Shown: positions 1 to 8,614, counted from the stretch's first letter. The stretch: DNA of 42,950 nt from a virus (IMGVR_UViG_3300025635_000041:1-42950), one strand, 5' to 3'. The notes: generated by a model from the letters alone, not told the origin. A program made the numbers and translations.

Positions 1-135
1 TTCTTGACGCCGTCAAGGGTTATTTCAACAAATAATCAATTATTTTATTATACCACATTAACTATATGATTTATATAAAATATCCTTCATCTTGCGCTAA
101 TTTATGTAATGGGGAAACATGATTTAATGCGCTTG
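1..135. repeat. Terminal direct repeat, left copy (circular/assembly overlap with 42816-42950)
   Basis: Identical to 42816-42950 except positions 8-9 (cg vs ta); 10-135 match exactly. Confidence 0.95.
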
Positions 136-538
136 CATCTATCTTGTCGAAATCTTCTATAGTCTCGTAACCTTTATTTATTACACTCCCTAAAGCGTCT
201 AATACTTGGTAAATTTCATCAGATATAATTATACCCCCTGCCTCTACTAGACTTGTCGCCCATCCTGTAACTGCTAATAAATACTTACGTGTGCAAAACT
301 TATTTTTACACATGTACGAACCTACCTTACGTACAAACCTATCCATACGGTTATACAATCTAGCCCTACGTTTAGGGTCACGGGTGGAGAAGGACTTCTC
401 TACCTCTTCTTGACAAATTTGTAATGCTTCTTTTATCTCATCGTTGTTAGTATTGTTAAAATGCATCTTTAGTAAAGTAGCTAATAAAGCTGGAATAATT
501 GCATCTTCTATTAGTTGTTTGTCTGAAGCGTATGTCAT
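71..538 (-). CDS. Hypothetical phage protein, 155 aa
   Basis: ORF coupled to the upstream ORF by an ATGA overlap at 535-538; no recognised motif. Confidence 0.75.
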   Translation of the reverse strand: MTYASDKQLIEDAIIPALLATLLKMHFNNTNNDEIKEALQICQEEVEKSFSTRDPKRRARLYNRMDRFVRKVGSYMCKNKFCTRKYLLAVTGWATSLVEAGGIIISDEIYQVLDALGSVINKGYETIEDFDKIDASALNHVSPLHKLAQDEGYFI

Positions 539-1284
539 TTGGATTGCTCTAAATGTAGCTCTATATATTCGCTGATTTTGCTAATTAGTTTATATTCTTT
601 AATTTCTACCGTATCTAACGGTGGATAAAAATATTGCAATAACGTTTGCTTCTTAGGTTCTGTTTGCTCTGGTATTATTCTATAGGCGATTATATGTTCG
701 TGTCCTTTCTCCTCAGGAAGAATCCAATTCTCCCACTGATAATTAAATGGAGATACATGCAATAATTCACGTCCTCCTAAAAATTTAATATCCACAAAGT
801 TAGATTTTATTATATTTTTAGGTGTATCATTACCATTATGATTTATCCACTCCCCTTGCTTTTGTTCGTCAAGTATAGGGTTTTCAGGTGAGAAGCTGTC
901 AAAGATTGAGTTATTCAATTTTCTCGAATTACTGGCTATATGAGTAAATACAGCTTCTAAGGCTGCTTCCCACGATTCGGCCTCATCGCCTCCGTGGTGA
1001 TAATATATTTTTCTAGCTATATCTATTATTTCCTCTGTAACATCTATCTTGCTTTCCTCTTTCCATAGGCTGATTATATCACAATCGGATAGCTCGTTTT
1101 TAAATCGTTTACCATCTATAAACCATTGCAGGGGCAAAATTGAACCTTCAATAACACCCACAACCGAATCCCTTCCTTCTGAATTTTTACCAATCCAATG
1201 GATAAATATCTTTTTGCCCTTCCTAACTTTATAAAAACTCCAAACCCTCAATTCATCGCCATTTGGTAAATAATGTTTAGTCAT
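535..1284 (-). CDS. Mosaic hypothetical phage protein, 249 aa
   Basis: GAGGA RBS upstream; contains recurrent small phage modules (DIISLWKE; EWINHNG...W...HIIAYRII). Confidence 0.75.
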   Translation of the reverse strand: MTKHYLPNGDELRVWSFYKVRKGKKIFIHWIGKNSEGRDSVVGVIEGSILPLQWFIDGKRFKNELSDCDIISLWKEESKIDVTEEIIDIARKIYYHHGGDEAESWEAALEAVFTHIASNSRKLNNSIFDSFSPENPILDEQKQGEWINHNGNDTPKNIIKSNFVDIKFLGGRELLHVSPFNYQWENWILPEEKGHEHIIAYRIIPEQTEPKKQTLLQYFYPPLDTVEIKEYKLISKISEYIELHLEQSK

Positions 1285-1409
1285 ATAATCCTCTTTGTTA
1301 AATTTCTCATTTTAAAGCCCTAGGAACGCAATCTTGTTTTAAACACTGTCGGATACTAAAATCCATTCTTGTTGCTGTAGCCCCCCTTAGAATCGTTTTA
1401 AACGCCATT

Positions 1410-1658
1410 CTAACCCCCAAAGGTAAAATCCCCGTTCGTATAATAAACTTTCCCACATTCATCTATAGCAAAATTATCCATATTGACATGATCTCTGCTA
1501 AACATAGTCCCAGAGATGTATTTACCACCGCTTTGTTTTTCTATGTAGGTTAAAAGCCTATCAACTATTTTCTGCTGATACAAAAATCTAGAATGCATTT
1601 CCTCTATCTGTCTGCGTAACCTTTGACATTCGGTCTGGTAATCTATCTTTAGTTTCAT
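1410..1658 (-). CDS. Hypothetical coiled-coil protein, 82 aa
   Basis: GGAG RBS upstream, co-oriented with the helicase operon. Confidence 0.65.
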   Translation of the reverse strand: MKLKIDYQTECQRLRRQIEEMHSRFLYQQKIVDRLLTYIEKQSGGKYISGTMFSRDHVNMDNFAIDECGKVYYTNGDFTFGG

Positions 1659-1726
1659 TAACTTGCTCCCGTTTATTCTCTATTTCTTTTAATAATTTAT
1701 CTAAAACAGTATCTAATTTCTGCCAA

Positions 1727-2983
1727 TTACCAGCATCTTTCTTCAAAGTGCGTTCCATTTTTGTGAATCTCTAAATAAGGTTGCGATACTGAGCCTAGGT
1801 TTATAGTTTTGGTGTAACGTGAAAATCTAAGCTTGAGAGCTACTCCATTCCCCACTGGGTCTCCTTGTTCATCAAGCGGCCTTTCAATTAAATAACCTTG
1901 GTCACATGCGCGATTAAGCCCCCTACTACCTAATACTTTTTGTTCATCATTGGTTTGGACTAACAAAACACACCAGATATTATGTTGTTTACATACCCTA
2001 TGAACCCAGTTAGCTACATTTTCTAAGTGTTGTGCTTGCGTTTCCCCTTTCTTACATCCAGATACCAACTGGTAATAATCCAAAATAAAACCCTCAATCT
2101 TGTTTTTGTATACATGCAACTCTATTAAAGTTTTTAAATGGTCAAACTCTACGCCTGGTACATCTTCAAAAATAACATTATGCTTTAACTTACCTATTGC
2201 CTCTCCAGCTTTAACAACTAAAGCTTTATCTTTAGTCATAAACGCGCAGGCAGGCACATCTAATTTTTGCCCTAACATTCTTTGGGATATTTCATTAGAA
2301 CCCATTTCAGCGCAAACAAAAACATGTTTGTGGTCGGCATCGTTAAGATTGTTGCTTATCATGGTTGCAAGCATAGTCTTGCCACACTTAGGGGCTGCCA
2401 TAAATGCATATACACGGCCTTTTTGTATACCACCTCCCATTGCTTCATCTAAAAGCCTCAAGCCAGTTTTTGCCATGTAAATTGGTTTATCAGAAACCAT
2501 TTGTTTGTATAGCTTATCCATAGCTTCAACTATGCCAATTGAGCTTGCGCTACTTGTCCCGGTAATGATTTTTGTTGCGTCTGTAATTAATTCCGCTGCA
2601 CATGCAATCCCGCCTTTGTCAAATGTATTTATTTTATCAAGGGTTATATTGCATAAGTGTTTTAAGTTTCTCCTATACCCTAGGTCTGCTAGGTGTTTAA
2701 TATCACTTTTAAAGCTTATCGGGCTTGCAAGAGACGCTAGCGTCGCTAAGTAACTTTTATTTTCCTCTTTGAATATTGCAGAAAATCTGTTGTAGAGCCT
2801 GAATGCGCTAACCTTTTCGCCCTCGTCTAAAAGTTTTTTTATGCAGGTGTAAATATCTTTATGCAAACCCTCGCTAAAACAATCTTCCGTCAGGATATCT
2901 AAAACTTTATAAACAATATCGTTGTTTGCAAGTATAGTTCCTAATACGGAAGCCTCCATATCTACGTTAATTAAATCAATCAT
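1727..2983 (-). CDS. dnaB: DnaB-like replicative helicase
   Basis: DnaB N-terminus (EASVLGTIL), KTG..LD...GG, Walker A AAPKCGKT, AEMG, ILDYYQL, LLVQ; follows the initiator with a 4-bp overlap. Confidence 0.9.
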   Translation of the reverse strand: MIDLINVDMEASVLGTILANNDIVYKVLDILTEDCFSEGLHKDIYTCIKKLLDEGEKVSAFRLYNRFSAIFKEENKSYLATLASLASPISFKSDIKHLADLGYRRNLKHLCNITLDKINTFDKGGIACAAELITDATKIITGTSSASSIGIVEAMDKLYKQMVSDKPIYMAKTGLRLLDEAMGGGIQKGRVYAFMAAPKCGKTMLATMISNNLNDADHKHVFVCAEMGSNEISQRMLGQKLDVPACAFMTKDKALVVKAGEAIGKLKHNVIFEDVPGVEFDHLKTLIELHVYKNKIEGFILDYYQLVSGCKKGETQAQHLENVANWVHRVCKQHNIWCVLLVQTNDEQKVLGSRGLNRACDQGYLIERPLDEQGDPVGNGVALKLRFSRYTKTINLGSVSQPYLEIHKNGTHFEERCW

Positions 2984-3651
2984 ATTTTCCTCAAATGTAC
3001 GGTTTCTCTTTCGTCTTGTATTTTTGGTTTCTCTTTCAAGTCATAAGGAATGTATTTTCTTCTGTAATTTACTTTCCAAGTTAATAACCAATCTGTTTTT
3101 TTGCCTTTCTTCAAATGTTTTACACTTTCCCAATATAGTTTAAATTCTTGCATCCAATCTGTTGCTATCATCAAAGAAACATTTCTTTCATTCATAGCAA
3201 TTTTTATCCATTCCATTTCTGTTTTTTGATCTAGAACTAAAGGGGTAGTACTAACTACTTTATCTACTTTATCTTCTTTATCTACTTCAGTATCACGTGG
3301 TGATGTATCATTTGATGTATCATTTGATGTATCATTTGATGTATCATTTGATGTATCACGTGGCGATACATTTGAAACTTTATCAACATTTACAAAGACA
3401 TAGACGTTCGATAAGTACCTATCCCCTGCCATACGCACCTGGGTTCGGGTAAGGTGACCATAGGTTATTAAATCCTTGATTCCTTCTTGCACTGGATTAA
3501 CCGTTAAGCCTGATAATTGTGACAGTGTTCTAATAGACGGATAGGTGCAATGATTATTGCGATAAAATTGAGAAAGCACTAAGCCTACAAATTTAGCTTT
3601 GTAATTTAAATTTGATTCAAGTAAATTATCGCGCCATTCTATAATATTCAT
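2980..3651 (-). CDS. Replication initiator (N-terminal HTH_36-like, lambda O-type organisation)
   Basis: YPSIRTLSQLSGL...SNVY HTH, central repeat linker, C-terminal FKLYW...KTDWLLTW; directly upstream of the helicase. Confidence 0.85.
   Translation of the reverse strand: MNIIEWRDNLLESNLNYKAKFVGLVLSQFYRNNHCTYPSIRTLSQLSGLTVNPVQEGIKDLITYGHLTRTQVRMAGDRYLSNVYVFVNVDKVSNVSPRDTSNDTSNDTSNDTSNDTSPRDTEVDKEDKVDKVVSTTPLVLDQKTEMEWIKIAMNERNVSLMIATDWMQEFKLYWESVKHLKKGKKTDWLLTWKVNYRRKYIPYDLKEKPKIQDERETVHLRKI
3290..3372. repeat. Iteron array / probable replication origin inside the initiator gene
   Basis: TGATGTATCATT x4 at 3301-3348 plus TGATGTATCA at 3349-3358; GTATCACGTGG at 3290 and 3353. Confidence 0.8.
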
Positions 3652-3755
3652 ATCTTTAACCTTACGGGTTGTTTACGGTATTTACGGAAAGGTATGGGGA
3701 GCGCGCCCGTAAACACGCCCGTAACAGAGATTATAAGCCCCTGCTTACCCACTTG
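3652..3755 (-). ncRNA. Putative C4/CI-like cloverleaf RNA plus three complementary target boxes in the initiator leader
   Basis: Hand folding: GUGGG/CCCAU closing stem, AGCAGGGG/UCUCUGUU stem, GGGCGUGUU/GGCGCGCUC stem with UACG loop; two UUACGG seeds and three downstream CCGUAA boxes. Confidence 0.65.
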
Positions 3756-3759
3756 TTGT

Positions 3760-3787
3760 ATTGTATATTTCTAATAAATAATTGCAA
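3760..3787 (-). promoter_or_regulatory. Candidate sigma70 promoter for the leader RNA and replication genes
   Basis: TTGCAA-N16-TACAAT on the minus strand just before the structured leader. Confidence 0.5.
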
Positions 3788-3819
3788 TATAATATTTCAA
3801 TTATAAATTATTTTTATAC

Positions 3820-4179
3820 TTAGTCTTGCAACTTTTTAGTTGCCATTATCCTTGACAAATCTACTAAAATCTTTTGCTGTTGCGGTTCTATTTTCTCTAG
3901 GTTTTCACCTATCTCTACAAGTACATTTAAATCAACGGTTGATAACGGCTTCTCATAACCGCAAATAACGTCTATACTCTCTCCAAGAGCTTTAGCTATA
4001 AGAACCATTTTAGACATAGCTATGCGATCTTTACCTGATTCGTACTTATCTAACTGATTAGTAGAAATCCCTATATTTTGAGCAAAATCTTTTCTAAGTA
4101 TGTTTTTCCCTTTTCGGAAAATAGCAACCCTTTTGCCTATAGTTTTATCAAGTAATTTAGTGCAACTAGTATTCCTCAT
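3820..4179 (-). CDS. XRE-family HTH regulator
   Basis: IGKRVAIFR...RKDFAQNIGISTNQLDKYESGKDRI...IAKALG, HTH_3 signature. Confidence 0.9.
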   Translation of the reverse strand: MRNTSCTKLLDKTIGKRVAIFRKGKNILRKDFAQNIGISTNQLDKYESGKDRIAMSKMVLIAKALGESIDVICGYEKPLSTVDLNVLVEIGENLEKIEPQQQKILVDLSRIMATKKLQD

Positions 4180-4390
4180 TCCTAATCTCCTTTAAATATT
4201 TTGTTTTATTAACAATGCAATAATTCTCCATGCAAATAACTTTCTTCGGGTATTTATATTTCAATTCTTCAATGTCTAGTTTAAGTTCTACAATCCACAT
4301 AGATGCGCAAAAAAAACATATAGTCACAAACCAAAAGCCCCATTTCCAGTCTTCTAGTTCTAAAATATTGTCAGTTAGTTCTTTTTTCAT
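4166..4390 (-). CDS. Small single-TM membrane protein
   Basis: Hydrophobic stretch WGFWFVTICFFCASMWIV; overlaps the XRE start. Confidence 0.6.
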   Translation of the reverse strand: MKKELTDNILELEDWKWGFWFVTICFFCASMWIVELKLDIEELKYKYPKKVICMENYCIVNKTKYLKEIRNEEY

Positions 4391-4504
4391 AAATTACCTA
4401 TTAGTTGAAATTAATAACATAATTCCAACCTATAAATAATAAAAACACATGTCAACTAGTAATTATAAAAATAATTCTAGGTTAAATTATTAGTTGTTAA
4501 TTAA

Positions 4505-4699
4505 TTAAGCTTGTAACCAATCGTAAGCACTACGATCTGCGGCTAAATATTCATTAGAGGTTTTCTTTTGTGGTTTAGGAACACCACCTAATTCTCTAAT
4601 GCGGAAAGCTTTATTGGTGCATTTCTTTTTGCAGTATATTTGATTTTTATTATATGGGATAAATTCACAAGCGCACATAGCGCATTTACGTCTTATCAT
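4505..4699 (-). CDS. Small Zn-finger protein
   Basis: CAMC...F...QIYCKKKC pattern typical of phage Zn-binding proteins. Confidence 0.7.
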   Translation of the reverse strand: MIRRKCAMCACEFIPYNKNQIYCKKKCTNKAFRIRELGGVPKPQKKTSNEYLAADRSAYDWLQA

Positions 4700-5133
4700 A
4701 TTACACCTAACTCCTTTAGGATTCGTTCTACATCCTCTACTGATCTTACTACGTGGACTTCATGACCATCTTCTCTTAGTTCTGCGTGAAGGGCTTCTTG
4801 TCTTTCTGTTAGTTTACCTTCAGGGGCTTTTACTTCTAAAAATATCATTCTTAAACCAGAACGTTTCCCCCATCCGTCACCTTCGTATTGCCAAAATATC
4901 TCTATGTCAGGCCATCCTGTAACAACACCACGAGCTTTTAAAGCTACCTGCCGAAACATTGCGGCTTTACCTGAAGCTTGATTGCTTACTTCCACCGTAT
5001 GCCACCTAGACGGTCTTTTGATAACTGTATTAAGATACTTGGCTATTGCTAGGTGTATTTGGTTTTCAAGGACAGGAACAACACACCGCTTTCTTTTGGT
5101 GGCGCGTTGTATATTAGGGTATTTTTTCATCAA
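4696..5133 (-). CDS. VRR-NUC domain nuclease
   Basis: E..I, GV..GWPD, FLEVK..EGKL..RQ, G..V.VVRSVED (PD-(D/E)xK). Confidence 0.9.
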   Translation of the reverse strand: MMKKYPNIQRATKRKRCVVPVLENQIHLAIAKYLNTVIKRPSRWHTVEVSNQASGKAAMFRQVALKARGVVTGWPDIEIFWQYEGDGWGKRSGLRMIFLEVKAPEGKLTERQEALHAELREDGHEVHVVRSVEDVERILKELGVI

Positions 5134-5327
5134 AACCCCATATCATTCATTGAAATGTAATAGTCCGTAAACAAAGCTATTCTCTTTGCTGTATGATAAT
5201 TAGGCATGGAAATATTATTTTTGTATCTACCTATCATTGAAGGAGAAACCTTTATTTCACGCGCAAATTGCGAGTCTTTTATCTTATACTTTATTAACCA
5301 AGCTTTTAATTTATTTGAAAATTTCAT
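5130..5327 (-). CDS. Cro-like HTH regulator
   Basis: 65 aa, SQFAREIKVSPSMIGRY...P...A.RI; first gene of the leftward operon. Confidence 0.85.
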   Translation of the reverse strand: MKFSNKLKAWLIKYKIKDSQFAREIKVSPSMIGRYKNNISMPNYHTAKRIALFTDYYISMNDMGF

Positions 5328-5334
5328 AAAAATC

Positions 5335-5408
5335 TTTTACTGCAGTGAAAATAATAGTTGACTTATAGTTATATACTGCAGTATAAATAAGTTATAAAGA
5401 CAAATCAA
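5335..5408. promoter_or_regulatory. Divergent promoter switch with two ACTGCAGT-core operator-like palindromes
   Basis: TTTACTGCAGTGAAA (5336-5350) and TATACTGCAGTATA (5372-5385); plus-strand TTGACT-N18-TATAAA and minus-strand TTGATT-N17-TATACT. Confidence 0.65.
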
Positions 5409-5429
5409 GTAAATATTACGGAGTAATAA

Positions 5430-5784
5430 ATGAACATTGACGAACTTACATACGGTGAAATTAAACAATTAAATGCATTGTTTAATAATACACCTAAATC
5501 AAGTCTTTCTTCTTTTGTAGGAAAAAAAGTAATAGTGCGTACGTATAGTGCTGGTGTGCATTATGGCGAAGTAGTAGAAAAGGAAGGACATGAGGTAATA
5601 CTTAGGAATGCCAGAAGGCTTTGGTATTGGAAAACAGCTAATAATGGCATTTCATTAAGTGAAGTTGCTAATGCTGGTTTGCACAAAGACAGTAAAGTAT
5701 GCGCACCTGTTGAGCTTCACTGGCTTGAAGCTATAGAAATTATCCCATGTACAAAAGAGTCTATAAAAAATATAGAGGCGGCCA

Positions 5785-5801
<17 letters not shown>
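5430..5801 (+). CDS. DUF6948-like protein
   Basis: GKKVIVRTYSAGVHYG...LRNARRLWYW...ISLSEVA...EIIP signature; GGAG RBS. Confidence 0.8.
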
Positions 5802-6081
<280 letters not shown>

Positions 6082-6097
6082 ATATAACGAGGTTAAT

Positions 6098-6532
6098 ATG
6101 TCGCAGGTGTTTGAAGTCAATAATATCAATGGTATGATGTTTGTCTGTACCTCTGGTAGTGATGAAAATTATACTGATAAAAAGTTTGACGGTTATTTAT
6201 TTAGCATAGAATACGAAACGTTTGGTGATGGCGTGCGTATCTTCGACGTACAAGCTGAAAGTATGCCATTTAAAGGTAAGTATTATATTATTATGGATGG
6301 TGACTCTGAGCCATTTGTAACGCGCCATAATGACATGCGTTATGACCATAACATAGTTAGTGGATTCTTTGGAGAGGGGGTTAATCCTAATTACATAGAA
6401 ACCATGGTGCTAGACATGGATAACCTGGTCGTCTCCCTAGAGGATGATACTGAGGCTTTAGAGGAGATAATCAGAGATAGGCGCGGTAATGCTGAGCATG
6501 AAATACAAGAATCTACATATTGGGGGTTATAA
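6098..6532 (+). CDS. Acidic hypothetical protein (start MSQVFEV)
   Basis: GAGG RBS at 6089-6092 before the ATG at 6098; the track's MAMAL extension is the repeat read out of frame. Confidence 0.75.
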   Translation: MSQVFEVNNINGMMFVCTSGSDENYTDKKFDGYLFSIEYETFGDGVRIFDVQAESMPFKGKYYIIMDGDSEPFVTRHNDMRYDHNIVSGFFGEGVNPNYIETMVLDMDNLVVSLEDDTEALEEIIRDRRGNAEHEIQESTYWGL

Positions 6533-6693
6533 TGGAAAATCCATATGAATTTATAAGGGCAGCTAGTCAAATTTTACCAAGATTGCATAACGATAAATTA
6601 AAGAAGTTATTTAACGATTATGAAAAGGTAGAATTTGAAATGAAGTTTGGTTTGCAAGAATTGATTATAATAGAAAAAATGAGGATGAATTAA
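6532..6693 (+). CDS. Small hypothetical protein, 53 aa (MENPYEF...)
   Basis: TAATG overlap with the upstream ORF; translated by hand. Confidence 0.55.
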   Translation: MENPYEFIRAASQILPRLHNDKLKKLFNDYEKVEFEMKFGLQELIIIEKMRMN

Positions 6694-6815
6694 GTTTTAT
6701 GGGTGGTGCGGGACAGTCAGTATAACACCAACAGTTTTGGCCACCCACCAAAGAGGATTTATGAAACAAGACGGCGAATACACGTTATATGAGGAACAAG
6801 ATTTAGAGGAGTATT

Positions 6816-7442
6816 ATGACTATACATACAGTTTTACACAACATACAAAAGACTTTATCAGTGCCAAAGAACAAGAAGAATACTTTCGGGGGTTACAATT
6901 ACCGCAGTGCTGAGGATATAGTTGATGCTGTAAAAGCATTGCTTCCTGAAGGCTATTCACTGCTTTTGACTGATAGCATGATAATTCTTGGCGATAGGTT
7001 CTATATTGAAGCTACTGCTACATTACACGGCGAAAAAGATAAGATAGAATGCAAGGGTTACGCTAGAGAACCGTTGACTAAAAAAGGTTTTGACGAAAGC
7101 CAAATAACAGGCGCCGCTTCTTCTTATGCTCGCAAATATGCTTTAAACGGATTGTTTGCTATAGATGATGGCATAGATGCGGATTCTCAGGATAATAGAC
7201 AAGTACCACCTAATCCACCTAATCCACCTAAAGCCTTAACTCCCGAACAAAAAATAGAGGCTGCTAAGAAAAAAGCCGAAGTAATAATTCTAGCGTATAA
7301 AGGATGTAAGGATTTAAACGAATTGGCTATAGTACAAGAGAGTTACCATACAGAATTAAAGAGATATAGCGAGGCTTATCCTGATATATTTAAAGAAATT
7401 AATACGGTGCATTTGCAGGTAATAGGGAGGTTTGACCAGTGA
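6816..7442 (+). CDS. erf: ERF-family single-strand annealing recombinase
   Basis: PKNKKNTFGGYNYRSAEDI..AVK, SQITGAASSYARKYALNGLFAIDD..DADS. Confidence 0.92.
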   Translation: MTIHTVLHNIQKTLSVPKNKKNTFGGYNYRSAEDIVDAVKALLPEGYSLLLTDSMIILGDRFYIEATATLHGEKDKIECKGYAREPLTKKGFDESQITGAASSYARKYALNGLFAIDDGIDADSQDNRQVPPNPPNPPKALTPEQKIEAAKKKAEVIILAYKGCKDLNELAIVQESYHTELKRYSEAYPDIFKEINTVHLQVIGRFDQ

Positions 7443-7642
7443 TAGAATTTATAGACGCCTTTGGAAGACAAACTATAATAGAAATCTTAGCTTTACCCTT
7501 TAATAAATCGGCGCGGTTTGTAATAAGAAGGGAAAGACAAGTAATTTTTGAATCGTTAAGTTTAGAACAGTTAGAAGAATTATCTAATTTAATAAATATA
7601 GCAATAAATGAAATTGAGGAAAATAATGACAAAAAAATATGA
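7439..7642 (+). CDS. Small hypothetical protein
   Basis: GGGAGG RBS, GTGA overlap with erf. Confidence 0.6.
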   Translation: MIEFIDAFGRQTIIEILALPFNKSARFVIRRERQVIFESLSLEQLEELSNLINIAINEIEENNDKKI

Positions 7643-7877
7643 TATAGTAGCAACTACGGGAACATACCAAAAGAACGGAGAAACTAAAAACCGTTTTAAG
7701 AATGTTGGTGTAGTAATGGAAAAGGACGGTAAACCTTTTATCCTTTTGGATAGAACGTTTAATCCTGCTGGCCTTCCAACTCAAGATGATAGAGATACGG
7801 TGTTGCTTTCGTTGTATGAACCGAAAGACAAAAATACAGATCAAGCAGCCCCTTTAGATGATCATATACCGTTTTAA
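7626..7877 (+). CDS. SSB-like protein with acidic C-terminal tail
   Basis: GTYQKNGETKNRFKNVG core and DDHIPF C-terminus; lies near erf; GAGG RBS before ATG 7626. Confidence 0.7.
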   Translation: MTKKYDIVATTGTYQKNGETKNRFKNVGVVMEKDGKPFILLDRTFNPAGLPTQDDRDTVLLSLYEPKDKNTDQAAPLDDHIPF

Positions 7878-7879
7878 TT

Positions 7880-8020
7880 ATGAAATGTTTTTGGCATAGG
7901 TATGATAAATGGAAACTACTCAAAGATTGGGAGTATTCTTTTTTGCTAACCATAAAAGAGCGGGTATGTAAGAAATGCGGAAAAAAACAAGCGGTGTGTG
8001 TCAGTGAAAATAAGAAGTAA
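7880..8020 (+). CDS. Small Zn-finger protein (DUF1660-like)
   Basis: MKCFWH...W...RVCKKCG; translated by hand. Confidence 0.55.
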   Translation: MKCFWHRYDKWKLLKDWEYSFLLTIKERVCKKCGKKQAVCVSENKK

Positions 8021-8261
8021 AATACATAGGCAATTTGTCAGCCAGCAGCCTTGCATTATTACTGGCTCAACATACGGTGTACAAGCACATCATTTGTTGC
8101 GTGTGGAAGGTAAAGGCTTAAGTACAAAATCTTGCGATAGGTGGGTCGTCCCATTGCATTACGTTATACATGATGCCCAAGCGCGTTTTAAAGAGTTATT
8201 AGAACGCTATAAGACATGGCAACTAGTGAACGATTACAAAGATAATTTAGAGAGGATTTAA
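7998..8261 (+). CDS. DUF968/HNH-like putative nuclease
   Basis: RSKIHRQFV..QPCIITG...QAHH...G...KSCD.WVVPLH..H. Confidence 0.7.
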   Translation: MSVKIRSKIHRQFVSQQPCIITGSTYGVQAHHLLRVEGKGLSTKSCDRWVVPLHYVIHDAQARFKELLERYKTWQLVNDYKDNLERI

Positions 8262-8266
8262 TATAT

Positions 8267-8343
8267 CAGTGAGTAGGAAAGTTTGGTAATCCGCTTTGTT
8301 TGGAACGAAGAGATCGCAGGTTCAAATCCTGCCTCACTGACCA
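8267..8343 (+). tRNA. trnP: tRNA-Pro(TGG)
   Basis: Acceptor CAGTGAG/CTCACTG + ACCA, D-arm GGA/TCC, anticodon arm CTTTG-TTTGGAA-CGAAG, T-arm GCAGG-TTCAAAT-CCTGC. Confidence 0.93.
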
Positions 8344-8356
8344 TAAAAATAAATGT

Positions 8357-8611
8357 ATGTCCCGTAATAAAGAACTAATATGGCCTGGTATAATGCTTAT
8401 AGCCTCACTAACGAATGTAGTAGGTGCTAGTGTAGCTATAGCAAAGGGTGATGGTGATGACAGCCTGGCGTTTAAGACTGGCTTATTCACTTCATGCGTA
8501 TATAGCACAGGCCATTTATTTAAGCTTATACAAATTAAGTATGAGAGTTGGCGAGAAAGAGAAGATGCAAGAAGGGTAGTTCCTTTGGAAGCAATAGTAA
8601 TAAATAGGTAG
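8357..8611 (+). CDS. Possible small membrane protein
   Basis: ATG after the tRNA, hydrophobic LIWPGIMLIASLTNVVGASVAIA; weak RBS. Confidence 0.45.
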   Translation: MSRNKELIWPGIMLIASLTNVVGASVAIAKGDGDDSLAFKTGLFTSCVYSTGHLFKLIQIKYESWREREDARRVVPLEAIVINR

Positions 8612-8614
8612 ATT

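Noticed and set aside
8267-8343. tRNA as attP or sign of a prophage
   Set aside because: No integrase, no duplicated tRNA 3' end and no host genes in the window.
8381-8514. Structured ncRNA after the tRNA (TGGCCTG...CAGGCCA)
   Set aside because: Only a 7-bp perfect terminal stem with weak inner pairing, and a plausible membrane ORF covers it; left unresolved.
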